DNA of 64,000 bases from Parachlamydiales bacterium. GTDB taxonomy: Bacteria; Chlamydiota; Chlamydiia; Chlamydiales; SM23-39. Numbering within the stretch: the first letter of the stretch is position 1; each line of letters opens with the position of its first letter. Shown here piece by piece: positions 1 through 8,743 of this stretch. Location: contig JACVQJ010000003.1 of NCBI GenBank assembly GCA_015661075.1, forward strand, positions 28,623 through 92,622, in the 5' to 3' direction. Under the pieces are notes generated by a model. That model was not told where the DNA came from. It was given only the letters and a program-made list of their open reading frames with translations, and did no database searches. The translations under genes were made by a program, and so were the position numbers.

Positions 1-1
1 G

Positions 2-919
2 ATCGCTGTCATTGGAGTCGTAAAAAAGAAATCAGCGACATCTGTTGCCCCTTTAGAGGTGGTGCAGGAAGTGCCGCTTGCGGCAGATGCGCCAGCGAAT
101 GGCTCTGTCCATTTAACGAAACCCGAGATCAATGATGAAATTCCTGAGGTTAACCGGATTCCACAGCTATTTGCCCTGGATTCATCGAAACTCCCCATTG
201 TCGAGACGATTTCTTATACGAGCCGCGTACCCTGGCTGAAGGATCGCCCGGCGTGGATTGCCGACTATGCGACCCATTACTCAACGTCGCGCCATTTTAT
301 TGCCCGCAGTCTGAACCGCAAACCCGATTATTTTACTCAAAAGGTAACCCCCGGCGATCGCTTCAATGTTTTCAAATGCGACAAGAATATCCAATTTCAT
401 CTGCTGATTGATCTGTCTCGCTGCCGGATGTGGTTTTACTATGTCGATCTCGATGCCAACGAGCGCATGCTATTGAAGACATACCGCGTCGGAGTGGGAC
501 GGATCGATCCCAAGACGCAGTCCGGATATTTGACGCCGACGGGAAAATATATTCTAGGCAGCAAAATCGCGATTTTTAAGCCCGGCACGATGGGGATTTT
601 TCAGGAACGCAAGACTGAAATGATCCGCGTTTTCGGCACACGGTGGATTCCGTTCGAAAAAGAAGTCGAGGGGTGTACTGAAAATCCGAAAGGGTTTGGC
701 ATCCACGGCGCTCCCTGGGTGATGGATCCTCTCAGCGGCCAATGCATCGAAGATCGCAGCAAAATCGGCAAATATGAGAGCGATGGATGCATTCGCTTGA
801 ACTCTGAAGATATCGAAGAATTGTTCTCCATCATTGTGACCAAGCCCACGCAAATCGAGCTCGTGAAGGATTATCACGATGCAAGACTCCCCGGTGTGGA
901 AAAGGGTGCCAATCCATGA
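2..919 (+). CDS. L,D-transpeptidase (YkuD-domain) protein; 5' end lies outside the window
   Basis: The frame of listed ORF 59..919 stays open back to nt 2 ([19 protein letters not shown]-, a hydrophobic N-terminal segment), so the GTG at 59 is probably internal. The C-terminal half has the YkuD catalytic pattern (..FGIHGAPW.. then ..[14 protein letters not shown]..). The stop overlaps the accA start (ATGA at 916-919). Confidence 0.75.
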   Translation: MAVIGVVKKKSATSVAPLEVVQEVPLAADAPANGSVHLTKPEINDEIPEVNRIPQLFALDSSKLPIVETISYTSRVPWLKDRPAWIADYATHYSTSRHFIARSLNRKPDYFTQKVTPGDRFNVFKCDKNIQFHLLIDLSRCRMWFYYVDLDANERMLLKTYRVGVGRIDPKTQSGYLTPTGKYILGSKIAIFKPGTMGIFQERKTEMIRVFGTRWIPFEKEVEGCTENPKGFGIHGAPWVMDPLSGQCIEDRSKIGKYESDGCIRLNSEDIEELFSIIVTKPTQIELVKDYHDARLPGVEKGANP

Positions 920-1866
920 CTCTGCCCCACGAAAAGCAGATCTTCGAGCTCGAACAGACCATGGGCAAGCTGAAAGAGCAGAACAAGAATAATTCGCTCT
1001 GGAGCCAGGAAGAACTGCAAAAAATGGAGAGCAAGCTTGAGCTTCTGAAAAAAAATGTCTATTCACAGCTCAAACCCTGGGACCGGGTCGCTATTTGCCG
1101 CCATCCTCTGAGGCCGCATGCGGTTGATTATATTGAAAACATTGCGGATGAATTCGTCGAATTGTGCGGCGATCGGACGTTTCAGGATGATCACGCCATC
1201 ATTTGCGGCCTGGGCATGATCAGCTCTCAGAAATTCATGATCATCGGCCAGGAAAAGGGAAAAGATACGGAAAGCCGCCTCTTTCGCAATTTTGGGATGC
1301 CTCATCCCGAAGGCTATCGCAAGGCTTTGCGATGCATGAATATGGCTGCGAAATTCAATATTCCCATCGTCACGCTGCTTGATACGCCCGGAGCCTATCC
1401 CGGATTGACGGCTGAAGAACGCGGACAGGGATGGGCGATTGCGAATAATCTTTGGTCCATGGCTCGGCTGCCGGCGCCGATCATCGTTGTTTTGATTGGA
1501 GAGGGCTGTTCGGGCGGCGCTCTTGGCGTGGGCGTGGGAGATACGATTGGCATGCTCGAGCATGCCTATTATTCTGTTATTTCGCCGGAGGGTTGTGCGT
1601 CGATTCTATGGAAAGACGCCAAGAAAAACGCAATGGCTGCAGCCGCCCTGAAAATGCAGTCGGAAGACTTGATGGAGATGGGGATTATCGATGCGATTAT
1701 CCCCGAGCCGCGCGGGGGCGCGCATGTGGACCCCAAGCAGGCGTACGCCGCTGTAAAATCTTTTATTTGCGAACAATCGGAGCTGCTTTGCTGTATTCCC
1801 AAACAGCGGCTCATAGAAAATCGCTATCAAAAATTCCGCAAAATGGGCAAATTTAAAACGCAATGA
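916..1866 (+). CDS. accA: acetyl-CoA carboxylase carboxyltransferase subunit alpha
   Basis: 316 aa. Typical AccA blocks are present (..[19 protein letters not shown].., ..[10 protein letters not shown]..). ATGA coupling to the upstream gene. Confidence 0.95.
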   Translation: MTLPHEKQIFELEQTMGKLKEQNKNNSLWSQEELQKMESKLELLKKNVYSQLKPWDRVAICRHPLRPHAVDYIENIADEFVELCGDRTFQDDHAIICGLGMISSQKFMIIGQEKGKDTESRLFRNFGMPHPEGYRKALRCMNMAAKFNIPIVTLLDTPGAYPGLTAEERGQGWAIANNLWSMARLPAPIIVVLIGEGCSGGALGVGVGDTIGMLEHAYYSVISPEGCASILWKDAKKNAMAAAALKMQSEDLMEMGIIDAIIPEPRGGAHVDPKQAYAAVKSFICEQSELLCCIPKQRLIENRYQKFRKMGKFKTQ

Positions 1867-1890
1867 TCCATCTTAGGTTGCGGTTCCTTC

Positions 1891-3801
1891 ATGCGATTAC
1901 TGATTCAGGCAGCTCTCAGAAACACTCGTCATTTAACGCTGGCTCTATGTACATTTTTTACGCTGATCTTTTTGACCGTCGCCAATCAGTGTGAGATGTT
2001 TTCCGTCGGCCTGATGGCCAATACCGGAGCTGATTTTTTCTCGCTTTTTGGCCCGGATGATCGAGGGCAAGTCAAAAAAATCCGCTTTGGAGAGGTTGTT
2101 CAGCGCTGGGAGCTCATTGATCAAAATCACGACGGGGCGATCAGCAAACAGGACGCCGCCATTTATATGGCGCAGCGCAAGGGATCCAATCCATTGGGCT
2201 GGGTCATGCATCGCGTTGCCTCCCATTTCGATATCGATGAAAATTTCGTCATGTTAATCGCGATTTTGGCCGCTGTGGCTCTTTTTAAGGCCGCCACGCT
2301 CTTTATTTCGCGCTATGCGACTCAACTGCTCGCGATACGCATTACACGCGATTTGCGCCAGCAGTTCTTTGAACATATCCAGTCTCTTCCCATGAGCTTT
2401 TATCAGGAGCATAATCTGGGCAGCCTGAGCTCGCGGGCTGTCGGCGACGCCGGTCAGATTGCCATGTCGATTAATTCATTGCTGACTAACTATTTACAGA
2501 CTCCTTTCACTCTTATTTCGACACTGGCCGCCTGTTTTTATCTTTCCTGGCAATTATCGATGGTGATTTTTCTGGGATTACCTCTCATCGTGCTGCCTGC
2601 CGTTATATTGACGCGGCAGGTCAAGAGAATCACCCGGCAGCTGCAAAAGAATCAGGAGCGGTTTTCATCAGTTTTATTGGATTTTCTTGCAGGGATTCAG
2701 ACAGTCAAAATTTTTGCCATGGAAGGTTTTTCGCTGCGCAAATACAAAGAGCAGAACGACCAGATGGCTGCGCTGGAGAGTCAGAGCGCCAAGTATAATT
2801 TGTTGACGCGCCCGGTCATGCATCTCATTGCGACAGCCTGTTTGGCCATCGTTGTTCTTTTTGGGCTGTATACTCTTCGAATGACCGTCGGGCAGCTGCT
2901 GATGTTTTGCGGCTTGCTCCATCTGTTTTATGAACCGGTCAAGAAGTTCGCTGAGGAAAATGCCAACGTTCAAAAAGGGGTGGTGGCAGCGGAGCGCATG
3001 TTCGAGGTGCTAAATCTCAAGCCACAGATTCAGGATCACGATGGCGCGATCCACATGGATCAATTTAATACCGCCATTGAGTTCGATCGCGTTTCTTTCA
3101 AATACAACAATGATTGGGTCATACGCGATCTCAGCTTCAAGGTCAAAAAAGGGGAGGTCGTTGCATTAGTCGGGGCGACCGGCGCCGGCAAATCGACCAT
3201 CGTTCAGTTATTGCCCCGCCTCTATGAGGTGCAGGAAGGGGAGATTCGCATCGATTCCACCCCGATCGAGACTTTGAGTCAAAAATCTCTGCGCGAGCAG
3301 ATTGCCTTTGTGCCCCAGCGGCCGTTTTTGTTTTATGATACCGTGGCCGCCAACATCGCCTTCGGGCGCTCCTATAGCCGAGAAGAGATCGAAGACGCTG
3401 CGAAAAAGGCGTATGCGCATGAGTTCATCGTCGATCTGCCCAAAGGATACGATACCCTGCTCGCTGAGATGGGCAAGAGCCTCTCCGGCGGCCAGCAGCA
3501 GCGCTTAGCCATCGCCCGCGCTCTTGTGAAAAAAGCGCCGATTCTGGTCATGGACGAGGCGACATCCTCTCTCGATGCGATCAGTGAAAGCCGCATTAAG
3601 CGGGCCATTCAGGATCTACAGGGAGAAGTGACGCAAATTCTCATCGCGCATCGCCTTTCGACGATCGAGCATGTCGATCGAATTATCTTTCTCGAAAAGG
3701 GCCGTAAAATCGCTGAAGGCTCCAAGGAAGAACTATTACAGACCTGCCGGCCGTTCCGCCTTATGTGGGAAGCGTATCATCAGAGTTCTGTTGAGGCATA
3801 G
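1891..3801 (+). CDS. ABC exporter, fused permease-ATPase (MsbA/lipid-export-like) with an enlarged TM1-TM2 loop
   Basis: 636 aa. A six-TM exporter domain is followed by an NBD with Walker A GATGAGKST, signature LSGGQQQR, Walker B ILVMDEATS and H-loop IAHRLS. Confidence 0.9.
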   Translation: MRLLIQAALRNTRHLTLALCTFFTLIFLTVANQCEMFSVGLMANTGADFFSLFGPDDRGQVKKIRFGEVVQRWELIDQNHDGAISKQDAAIYMAQRKGSNPLGWVMHRVASHFDIDENFVMLIAILAAVALFKAATLFISRYATQLLAIRITRDLRQQFFEHIQSLPMSFYQEHNLGSLSSRAVGDAGQIAMSINSLLTNYLQTPFTLISTLAACFYLSWQLSMVIFLGLPLIVLPAVILTRQVKRITRQLQKNQERFSSVLLDFLAGIQTVKIFAMEGFSLRKYKEQNDQMAALESQSAKYNLLTRPVMHLIATACLAIVVLFGLYTLRMTVGQLLMFCGLLHLFYEPVKKFAEENANVQKGVVAAERMFEVLNLKPQIQDHDGAIHMDQFNTAIEFDRVSFKYNNDWVIRDLSFKVKKGEVVALVGATGAGKSTIVQLLPRLYEVQEGEIRIDSTPIETLSQKSLREQIAFVPQRPFLFYDTVAANIAFGRSYSREEIEDAAKKAYAHEFIVDLPKGYDTLLAEMGKSLSGGQQQRLAIARALVKKAPILVMDEATSSLDAISESRIKRAIQDLQGEVTQILIAHRLSTIEHVDRIIFLEKGRKIAEGSKEELLQTCRPFRLMWEAYHQSSVEA

Positions 3802-4999
3802 GCATCTTTAAACAGACGACCATTGCTGAGATGTTGTCGGTCGATCCTGCATTATAGGCGGATATGACCGTAATGCTGGCCATATTCGCGCAATCTCTTG
3901 CTCCATATGAACGGATCGCATTGGCTAATTCAACGCTGGATACGACGTCGGTCACTCCGTCGCAAACGAGGTAGAGATATGTTTCATTTGTTAATTTGTG
4001 AATGGGTACGCGCGTAATGACCGGCCGTGCGCTAATGCCATGAATGTAAATATCGCCAATCGCGCCGGCGAGCGCCAGGTTCCCCGTCGAGCCCGAGATG
4101 CGGAAAACATCATGAGATTTCTTGGCAATGATGCCGCCGCGCTTGAGTATGCGGCGTGTAAAATGGGTGAAATAGCGAGTATCATTGAGCGTGATGGGCC
4201 AGATTTGTTCTTCACGATCATTGCATTGAGCGGGCTTCATATCTTCAGTTAAAGCCGTGATTCTGTCACCGCTCTCATCGATGAAAATTCTTGTATCGCC
4301 GCTGTGGGCCACCCAGAGCTGGCTGTCAATAATCAATGCGATGGATGCAGCAGTTCCGGAATTGTCCCTGATCTGATCATTCAGTGTCACAAACGTGCGT
4401 TTCAGGGCATTCCAAATGATCGGATCTATTGGCCCATCGGGAAAGCGCTGGCCCAGATTGTCGATTTGTATTTGGAATTGTGTACAAAAGTGATTTTTTA
4501 CGTGATTAGCGGTCTCGTTGCCGTTATGGCCGTCCAGAATGCCAAAAATCTGCGCATCATATTTCTGATGTTGAATTTCCAAGGTTGTTTGGCATGCAAT
4601 GTGTTCGTCTTCGAGTGTGATTCGATCGCCCTGAAAATGGCAATAGCCGCATTTAAATGGTCCAATTTGCAGATTTTCGAACTGAAAGATCAGTTTATTT
4701 TCTCTAAATAGCTGATCCATTTCTTGAAAATGTATCCTCAAAACGTTGTCTGCACGGAATGGAATGGATTTTTTCTGGAGAATTAGACCTCGGCGGTTTT
4801 TGTGGTCGCAATGCATGGCCTCATTGGCTGCGATCAGTTGTTTGGGCAGGCTCCGAGCGATATGATCCCAACATTCAATGCGGCGATTATAAGCGATTGA
4901 TCGGAAGGTTGTCGAATCATCATTGTATTGAGCAGCAAATGTAGTGATTGGCGATGGCATAATAATAATTTTTTTGATTTTTGAATGGTAGTTTTGCAC
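3761..4999 (-). CDS. PPM/PP2C-type Ser/Thr phosphatase with ~100-aa N-terminal extension
   Basis: PP2C motif series: ..GDRITLEDEH.., ..GILDGHNGNE.., ..GTAASIALI..LWVAHSGDTRIF.., ..LYLVCDGVTDV.., ..GSTDNISAMVV. No signal peptide. Alternative start at 4960 (MPSPITT). The 3' end overlaps the convergent ABC gene by 41 nt. Confidence 0.8.
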   Translation of the reverse strand: MQNYHSKIKKIIIMPSPITTFAAQYNDDSTTFRSIAYNRRIECWDHIARSLPKQLIAANEAMHCDHKNRRGLILQKKSIPFRADNVLRIHFQEMDQLFRENKLIFQFENLQIGPFKCGYCHFQGDRITLEDEHIACQTTLEIQHQKYDAQIFGILDGHNGNETANHVKNHFCTQFQIQIDNLGQRFPDGPIDPIIWNALKRTFVTLNDQIRDNSGTAASIALIIDSQLWVAHSGDTRIFIDESGDRITALTEDMKPAQCNDREEQIWPITLNDTRYFTHFTRRILKRGGIIAKKSHDVFRISGSTGNLALAGAIGDIYIHGISARPVITRVPIHKLTNETYLYLVCDGVTDVVSSVELANAIRSYGARDCANMASITVISAYNAGSTDNISAMVVCLKMPMPQQNSDDTLPT

Positions 5000-5122
5000 G
5001 CCGATTCCGTTTTACGCAACAACAATCTGTGCTCGACTTTGAGCTGTGTAGAGAAAAAATATGAATGCAAATATCCACAAAAACTTTTATGGTCATGCAA
5101 GCTTAAATTAACGAGTGTTTTC

Positions 5123-6934
5123 ATGTCTCAGGAGCCTTCTGGACTATTTCACGAGCAGCTTTTAGCTTTTTTGCAAGAAGATCTCCTCAGGAAAAAGAAA
5201 GAAGAAGGATGGGACGATCGATTTGATCCGCAGGTTCGCGATTATAGCGATGCGCTTAGTAGGGCTGTTCGCACATCGGCTCCGATGCCGTTGGATCAGA
5301 TTGTAGAAAAATACCAGCATCTTTTCTCCGGCCGGGGACCGGTGCATCTGGAGCAAAAGATCCTGCAGGCTTTTTCTGATAGCGAAATGCAGCGATGCGG
5401 TTTGCCTCGCTTGCGAATGGTTCGCGGCTTGCCGCGCCAATACCACCAAAACAGTATTGCAATTTCTAAAATCAAATCGGATTTTTCCTATTTGCCCGCT
5501 CTGCTCAAAACTGCAGGTGCCAAAGCCATTTTTTCTCTTTATTCCGAATATCCGGTGCCTCGCAATGCCAAAGTGACTATTTTGACTTGGGTGATTCCGG
5601 ATGGATTGGGCGATTTTTATGCATCGATTCATGTAGCGCGGGTGATAAAAAATGCTTTCCCGTTTTTGGAGATTCATCTTTTTGCTATCAGTGAAAAAGA
5701 GCTTGCGTCTGTGGATGATATTTCGATTGCTTTGTGGGATGGATCTGAGAGTCAATTGAATGCATTGCGCGGCTCAGATCTGATATTACAGATGCCGACT
5801 CACTATCCTAAAATCGATGAGATTCAAGCGCAAGTCGAAAGGATTGCGAGCGATGATCCTATGCCGAAATGGGAGTCTGTCGGCCAATATGGATATATTG
5901 AGTCGGACAATTTCCACCCCCGAACTAAAGCTCATTGCATGGGCCTGCATTTTCTGGAAAAAGGGGTTCTCATTCGCAAACCGGCCGAGTCATTTTCGAT
6001 CCTGGATTTGCAAAATGCGGGCCTTTTGAGATGGATGTTCGGTCAAGATTCAGTCAGTGATGCGGTGGTGGCAAAATATCGGAAGCATCATCGCTTTTTT
6101 CTGGGCTATCTTTTCAGCGAGGCGGGCATTTTTATCTATCTGCACGCACTTTTGAAATCACTGGAAAACGATGCAAAAGATGTTGATGTTTGCTTTCCTG
6201 ACGCTTCTCGAGTCATTTCCTATTTCGCATCACGCATCGATGAGAAAAAAGATTTGATTGAGAAGCGGTACGGTGTGCAAACGATCGCATTGCATATTGG
6301 CGCTCATCGAGCCGAATCGATCGGACCTCATAGTGGTAAAACCTTGCGCATTTTTTGTCCGGAGACGATCGACTCAACGGATTTTCAAAGGCTCGTCTCG
6401 TTTAGCGAGGATTTTGTGGGTTGCCGGGGCGATCAGAGCTTCAGCGACGCTGTCTCTCACAATAAATGCTTTTTTTATGAACCGCGCGATCATAGCCGTT
6501 TTTTCGTCAAAGATCTGATTGCTTTGGGGGAAAACCGCATTTCTTCCCATCCATCGGCAATGGGCATTTTACGTCTGTTTGGAAAGGTTCTGGATCATCA
6601 TCTGCCCCCAGAAGAGGGGGAGTGGGTCGACGAAATCTCGATCCAGCGCTCGAAAATGATAGATTGGATGCAAATCGCTGAAGAGATGGGGACCTATCTC
6701 CAGGATCCCACGGCGCACGCCGGGTTTAAAAAGCTCAATCGGATCATTCAGGAAGAGTACTCGTGCAACGAGTTTTTCATTCAACTGACTCAGCGAGCGA
6801 TTTGTCACCGCCGCCGTCCGCAAATCGAGCGGGCTGAAGAGAGGGAAATCAATCGGTTCATCCGCTCTGAGCAGTCCTTTGCCATTTCCGTAGAGCGCAT
6901 CCGCCATGAGCTGGCGAATGAATCGTTTGGATGA
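5123..6934 (+). CDS. large hypothetical protein (~603 aa), possibly GT-B-like
   Basis: Long ORF with normal codon texture. I moved the start from 4985 to ATG 5123 (MSQEPSGLF..) because 4985-5122 is AT-rich divergent intergenic-looking DNA. Segments ..KVTILTWVIPDGLGDFYASIHVARVIK.. and ..DFVGCRGDQSFSDAVSHNKCFFYEPRDH.. recall the two halves of GT-B glycosyltransferases. This is a weak inference. Confidence 0.6.
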   Translation: MSQEPSGLFHEQLLAFLQEDLLRKKKEEGWDDRFDPQVRDYSDALSRAVRTSAPMPLDQIVEKYQHLFSGRGPVHLEQKILQAFSDSEMQRCGLPRLRMVRGLPRQYHQNSIAISKIKSDFSYLPALLKTAGAKAIFSLYSEYPVPRNAKVTILTWVIPDGLGDFYASIHVARVIKNAFPFLEIHLFAISEKELASVDDISIALWDGSESQLNALRGSDLILQMPTHYPKIDEIQAQVERIASDDPMPKWESVGQYGYIESDNFHPRTKAHCMGLHFLEKGVLIRKPAESFSILDLQNAGLLRWMFGQDSVSDAVVAKYRKHHRFFLGYLFSEAGIFIYLHALLKSLENDAKDVDVCFPDASRVISYFASRIDEKKDLIEKRYGVQTIALHIGAHRAESIGPHSGKTLRIFCPETIDSTDFQRLVSFSEDFVGCRGDQSFSDAVSHNKCFFYEPRDHSRFFVKDLIALGENRISSHPSAMGILRLFGKVLDHHLPPEEGEWVDEISIQRSKMIDWMQIAEEMGTYLQDPTAHAGFKKLNRIIQEEYSCNEFFIQLTQRAICHRRRPQIERAEEREINRFIRSEQSFAISVERIRHELANESFG

Positions 6935-7112
6935 AATCATTCTCGAGCTAAAGGCTGTAGAAAAAGTCCTTCCCGTTCATGAGGCTCAGCTTTTGTCCTA
7001 TCTCCGACTATCAAACAAACAGGTGGGTCTCTTGATCAATTTTAACGTTCCTGTTCTCAAGAAACTTTTGGAAAACGCTGAGTTTAAAAGAACTGAGACG
7101 CCGAGACGCTGA
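6906..7112 (+). pseudogene. C-terminal remnant of a GxxExxY-family protein, 3' end fused to a palindromic repeat
   Basis: ..DEIILELKAVEKVLPVHEAQLLSYLRLSNKQVGLLINFNVPVLKK.. matches the conserved C-terminal half of GxxExxY proteins. The N-terminal half, including the GxxExxY motif, is absent. From codon 57 (nt 7074) onward the residues are encoded by repeat family F. Confidence 0.6.
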
Positions 7113-7332
7113 GAAAGAAAAAAATGCACAAGAGTGAGGGATACAAGCCGCCCATGTTTGCAAATGCATGCATGCGAAGCTGCGAAACTTTTAAGAAAGA
7201 AAGGGCACTTGAAAACCTGGCGTTAATTAGCCCCCTTTCTTTCTTAAAAGTTTCGCAGCTTCGCATGAAGAGCTTCGCTCAACATAGGCGGCCTCAGCGC
7301 CTCGGCGTCTCAGTTCTTTTAAACTCAGCGTT
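7074..7332. repeat. 259-bp nested palindromic element (family F)
   Basis: Outer 40-bp inverted repeat, 7074-7113 vs 7293-7332, with 1 mismatch (aacgctgagtttaaaagaactgagacgccgag..). Inner perfect 35-bp inverted repeat, 7171-7205 vs 7233-7267 (catgcgaagctgcgaaacttttaagaaagaaaggg). One copy in the window. No flanking direct repeat seen. Confidence 0.85.
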
Positions 7333-7389
7333 ATTCTCTAATAACCACTGAAGATGTGAAGGATGTTGATTTGGGATGTTAGCCATTAT

Positions 7390-7571
7390 CTCGACTTTGT
7401 ACATTTTTAGGGCCGCCTGCCTCGCCTATTTGCCCTCTGACGTTCGACCTCTGGTCGAACTAGACGTTTATTTAATAAGGAAGGGGATAGTCAACCCCCT
7501 TCCTTATTAAATAAACGCCTCTGAGGGCAAATATTTCGAGGCCTTCGCCCCTAAAAATGTACAAAGTCGAG
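7390..7571 (+). mobile_element. family A MITE-like palindromic element, copy 1 (182 bp)
   Basis: Terminal inverted repeats ctcgactttgtacatttttaggg.. / ..cctaaaaatgtacaaagtcgag. Internal 8-bp hairpin gttcgacc-tctg-ggtcgaac and a long central hairpin. Flanked by the perfect 5-bp direct repeat attat (7385-7389 and 7572-7576). Confidence 0.9.
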
Positions 7572-7600
7572 ATTATTGGCAAATATTTCGATTTTGTGCC

Positions 7601-7915
7601 ATGGATGAAATAAATGAGGAGCGAGATTCTATGGCCCAAGATATCTACTCACAGATGAGACAAGAGATCGCTTCTCTCTGGAAGATTCTTCAACATTCGT
7701 CGGGACATCGACTGCTTGATCGCAAAAGCGAGATTCATCGCAAACTTTCTGTTGTCAATGGATTCGCTACAAAAATCGGCGGCCGGATTCAGCGGGACTT
7801 TGATCAGTTAAAGCTGGATATCGATCGCTTTTTGCTGGGCGAGTTGACAACGGCTGAAATCACTCGAATGTTTCAGGACGTGTTGAAGATCGAGCAAGAT
7901 ACGAGAGAATTGTGA
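7601..7915 (+). CDS. small hypothetical protein (104 aa), helical/coiled-coil-like
   Basis: The only sizeable ORF in this gap, with a charged heptad-like composition. No recognisable motif. Confidence 0.5.
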   Translation: MDEINEERDSMAQDIYSQMRQEIASLWKILQHSSGHRLLDRKSEIHRKLSVVNGFATKIGGRIQRDFDQLKLDIDRFLLGELTTAEITRMFQDVLKIEQDTREL

Positions 7916-7918
7916 ATT

Positions 7919-8743
7919 TTAATCTATGATGCGATGGGGATAGCGGAATTTGAATCCCAGCTTTTTGATTTTGTGGTTCGATATACGTTTGTTGCCCCCG
8001 CGCCAAGAGGCGTCGCCGGGATTCCATTGGATGGATGGGAGGCCTAGTTTGGCTGCGATCTGATCATAGAGATCTCGCCGGGTTGGATGATCATCGTCTG
8101 CGAGATTATAAACCCCCTCAAGACGGCGACGGAGCGCATAGTCAACGGCGCTGGTGACATCGGCGCGGTGAATCATGTTGGAGTAATTTTTCCCTGAACC
8201 GGGAAGCGTCTGGCCCTGCAAGGCTCTGAGGCGGTGGGACAATTCGCGCAAGGGTCCGTAAATCTCCGATACTCTCAGGATGCAGACATGCCAGCCGAGA
8301 TCTTCCAGAGACAGAAAAACGCGCTCGGTCTCGATGAGAATCCGGCCTTGCTCTGATTTTAGTTTCAGCTTGCTCGATTCATCGACCCAAAGGCCGCGAT
8401 GATCGCCGTAGATGGCCGTGCTGCTGGTGTAAATCAGACGCCGCGGGGGCGAGCGGTCCAGGGCAACGCGGCGGATCGCGTGGGCCATCTGGAGATAGGT
8501 CTCTTCGAATTCATCCGGCAGATCGGCAGAGATCGTGACCAGGATGGTGTCGTTATTCAGAATCAAAGAGGCCAGTTCGTTTTCATCGTTTCCTTTGAAA
8601 ATGACGCATTTTTGAGCCACCCGGCTAAGGTCGGCCAATCGATCAGGATGGCGAGTCGTCGCCGTCACCTGATGCCCTTTTTTGGTCCAAAGCGCTGCGA
8701 CATCGCTGCCGATATATCCCGCGCCGAGAATCGCAATTTTCAT
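7919..8743 (-). CDS. NAD(P)-binding epimerase/dehydratase-family (extended SDR) protein
   Basis: N-terminal Rossmann motif MKIAILGAGYIGS. 274 aa. Start overlaps the upstream exonuclease stop (8740-8743). Confidence 0.8.
   Translation of the reverse strand: MKIAILGAGYIGSDVAALWTKKGHQVTATTRHPDRLADLSRVAQKCVIFKGNDENELASLILNNDTILVTISADLPDEFEETYLQMAHAIRRVALDRSPPRRLIYTSSTAIYGDHRGLWVDESSKLKLKSEQGRILIETERVFLSLEDLGWHVCILRVSEIYGPLRELSHRLRALQGQTLPGSGKNYSNMIHRADVTSAVDYALRRRLEGVYNLADDDHPTRRDLYDQIAAKLGLPSIQWNPGDASWRGGNKRISNHKIKKLGFKFRYPHRIID

Noticed and set aside
5071-5079. Near-consensus DnaA box (atatccaca), and the idea of an origin of replication near dnaA/yidC (56445-59820).
   Set aside because: It is a single isolated box far from dnaA. 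I see no cluster of DnaA boxes or a clear AT-rich unwinding element flanking dnaA or yidC. oriC cannot be supported from this window.
7084-7351. ORFs encoded inside repeats: 7084..7266, 7124..7351, 13952..14182 (mostly inside the repeat), 26742..26951, 44158..44406, 44319..44624.
   Set aside because: They are read through palindromic or dispersed repeat DNA. The paired ORFs on both strands mirror each other because of the palindrome. There is no independent coding evidence.
7074-7571. Possibility that the many repeats form a CRISPR array.
   Set aside because: The repeats are long (96-259 bp), internally palindromic and dispersed across 64 kb. They are not short direct repeats separated by unique spacers, and no cas genes are present.
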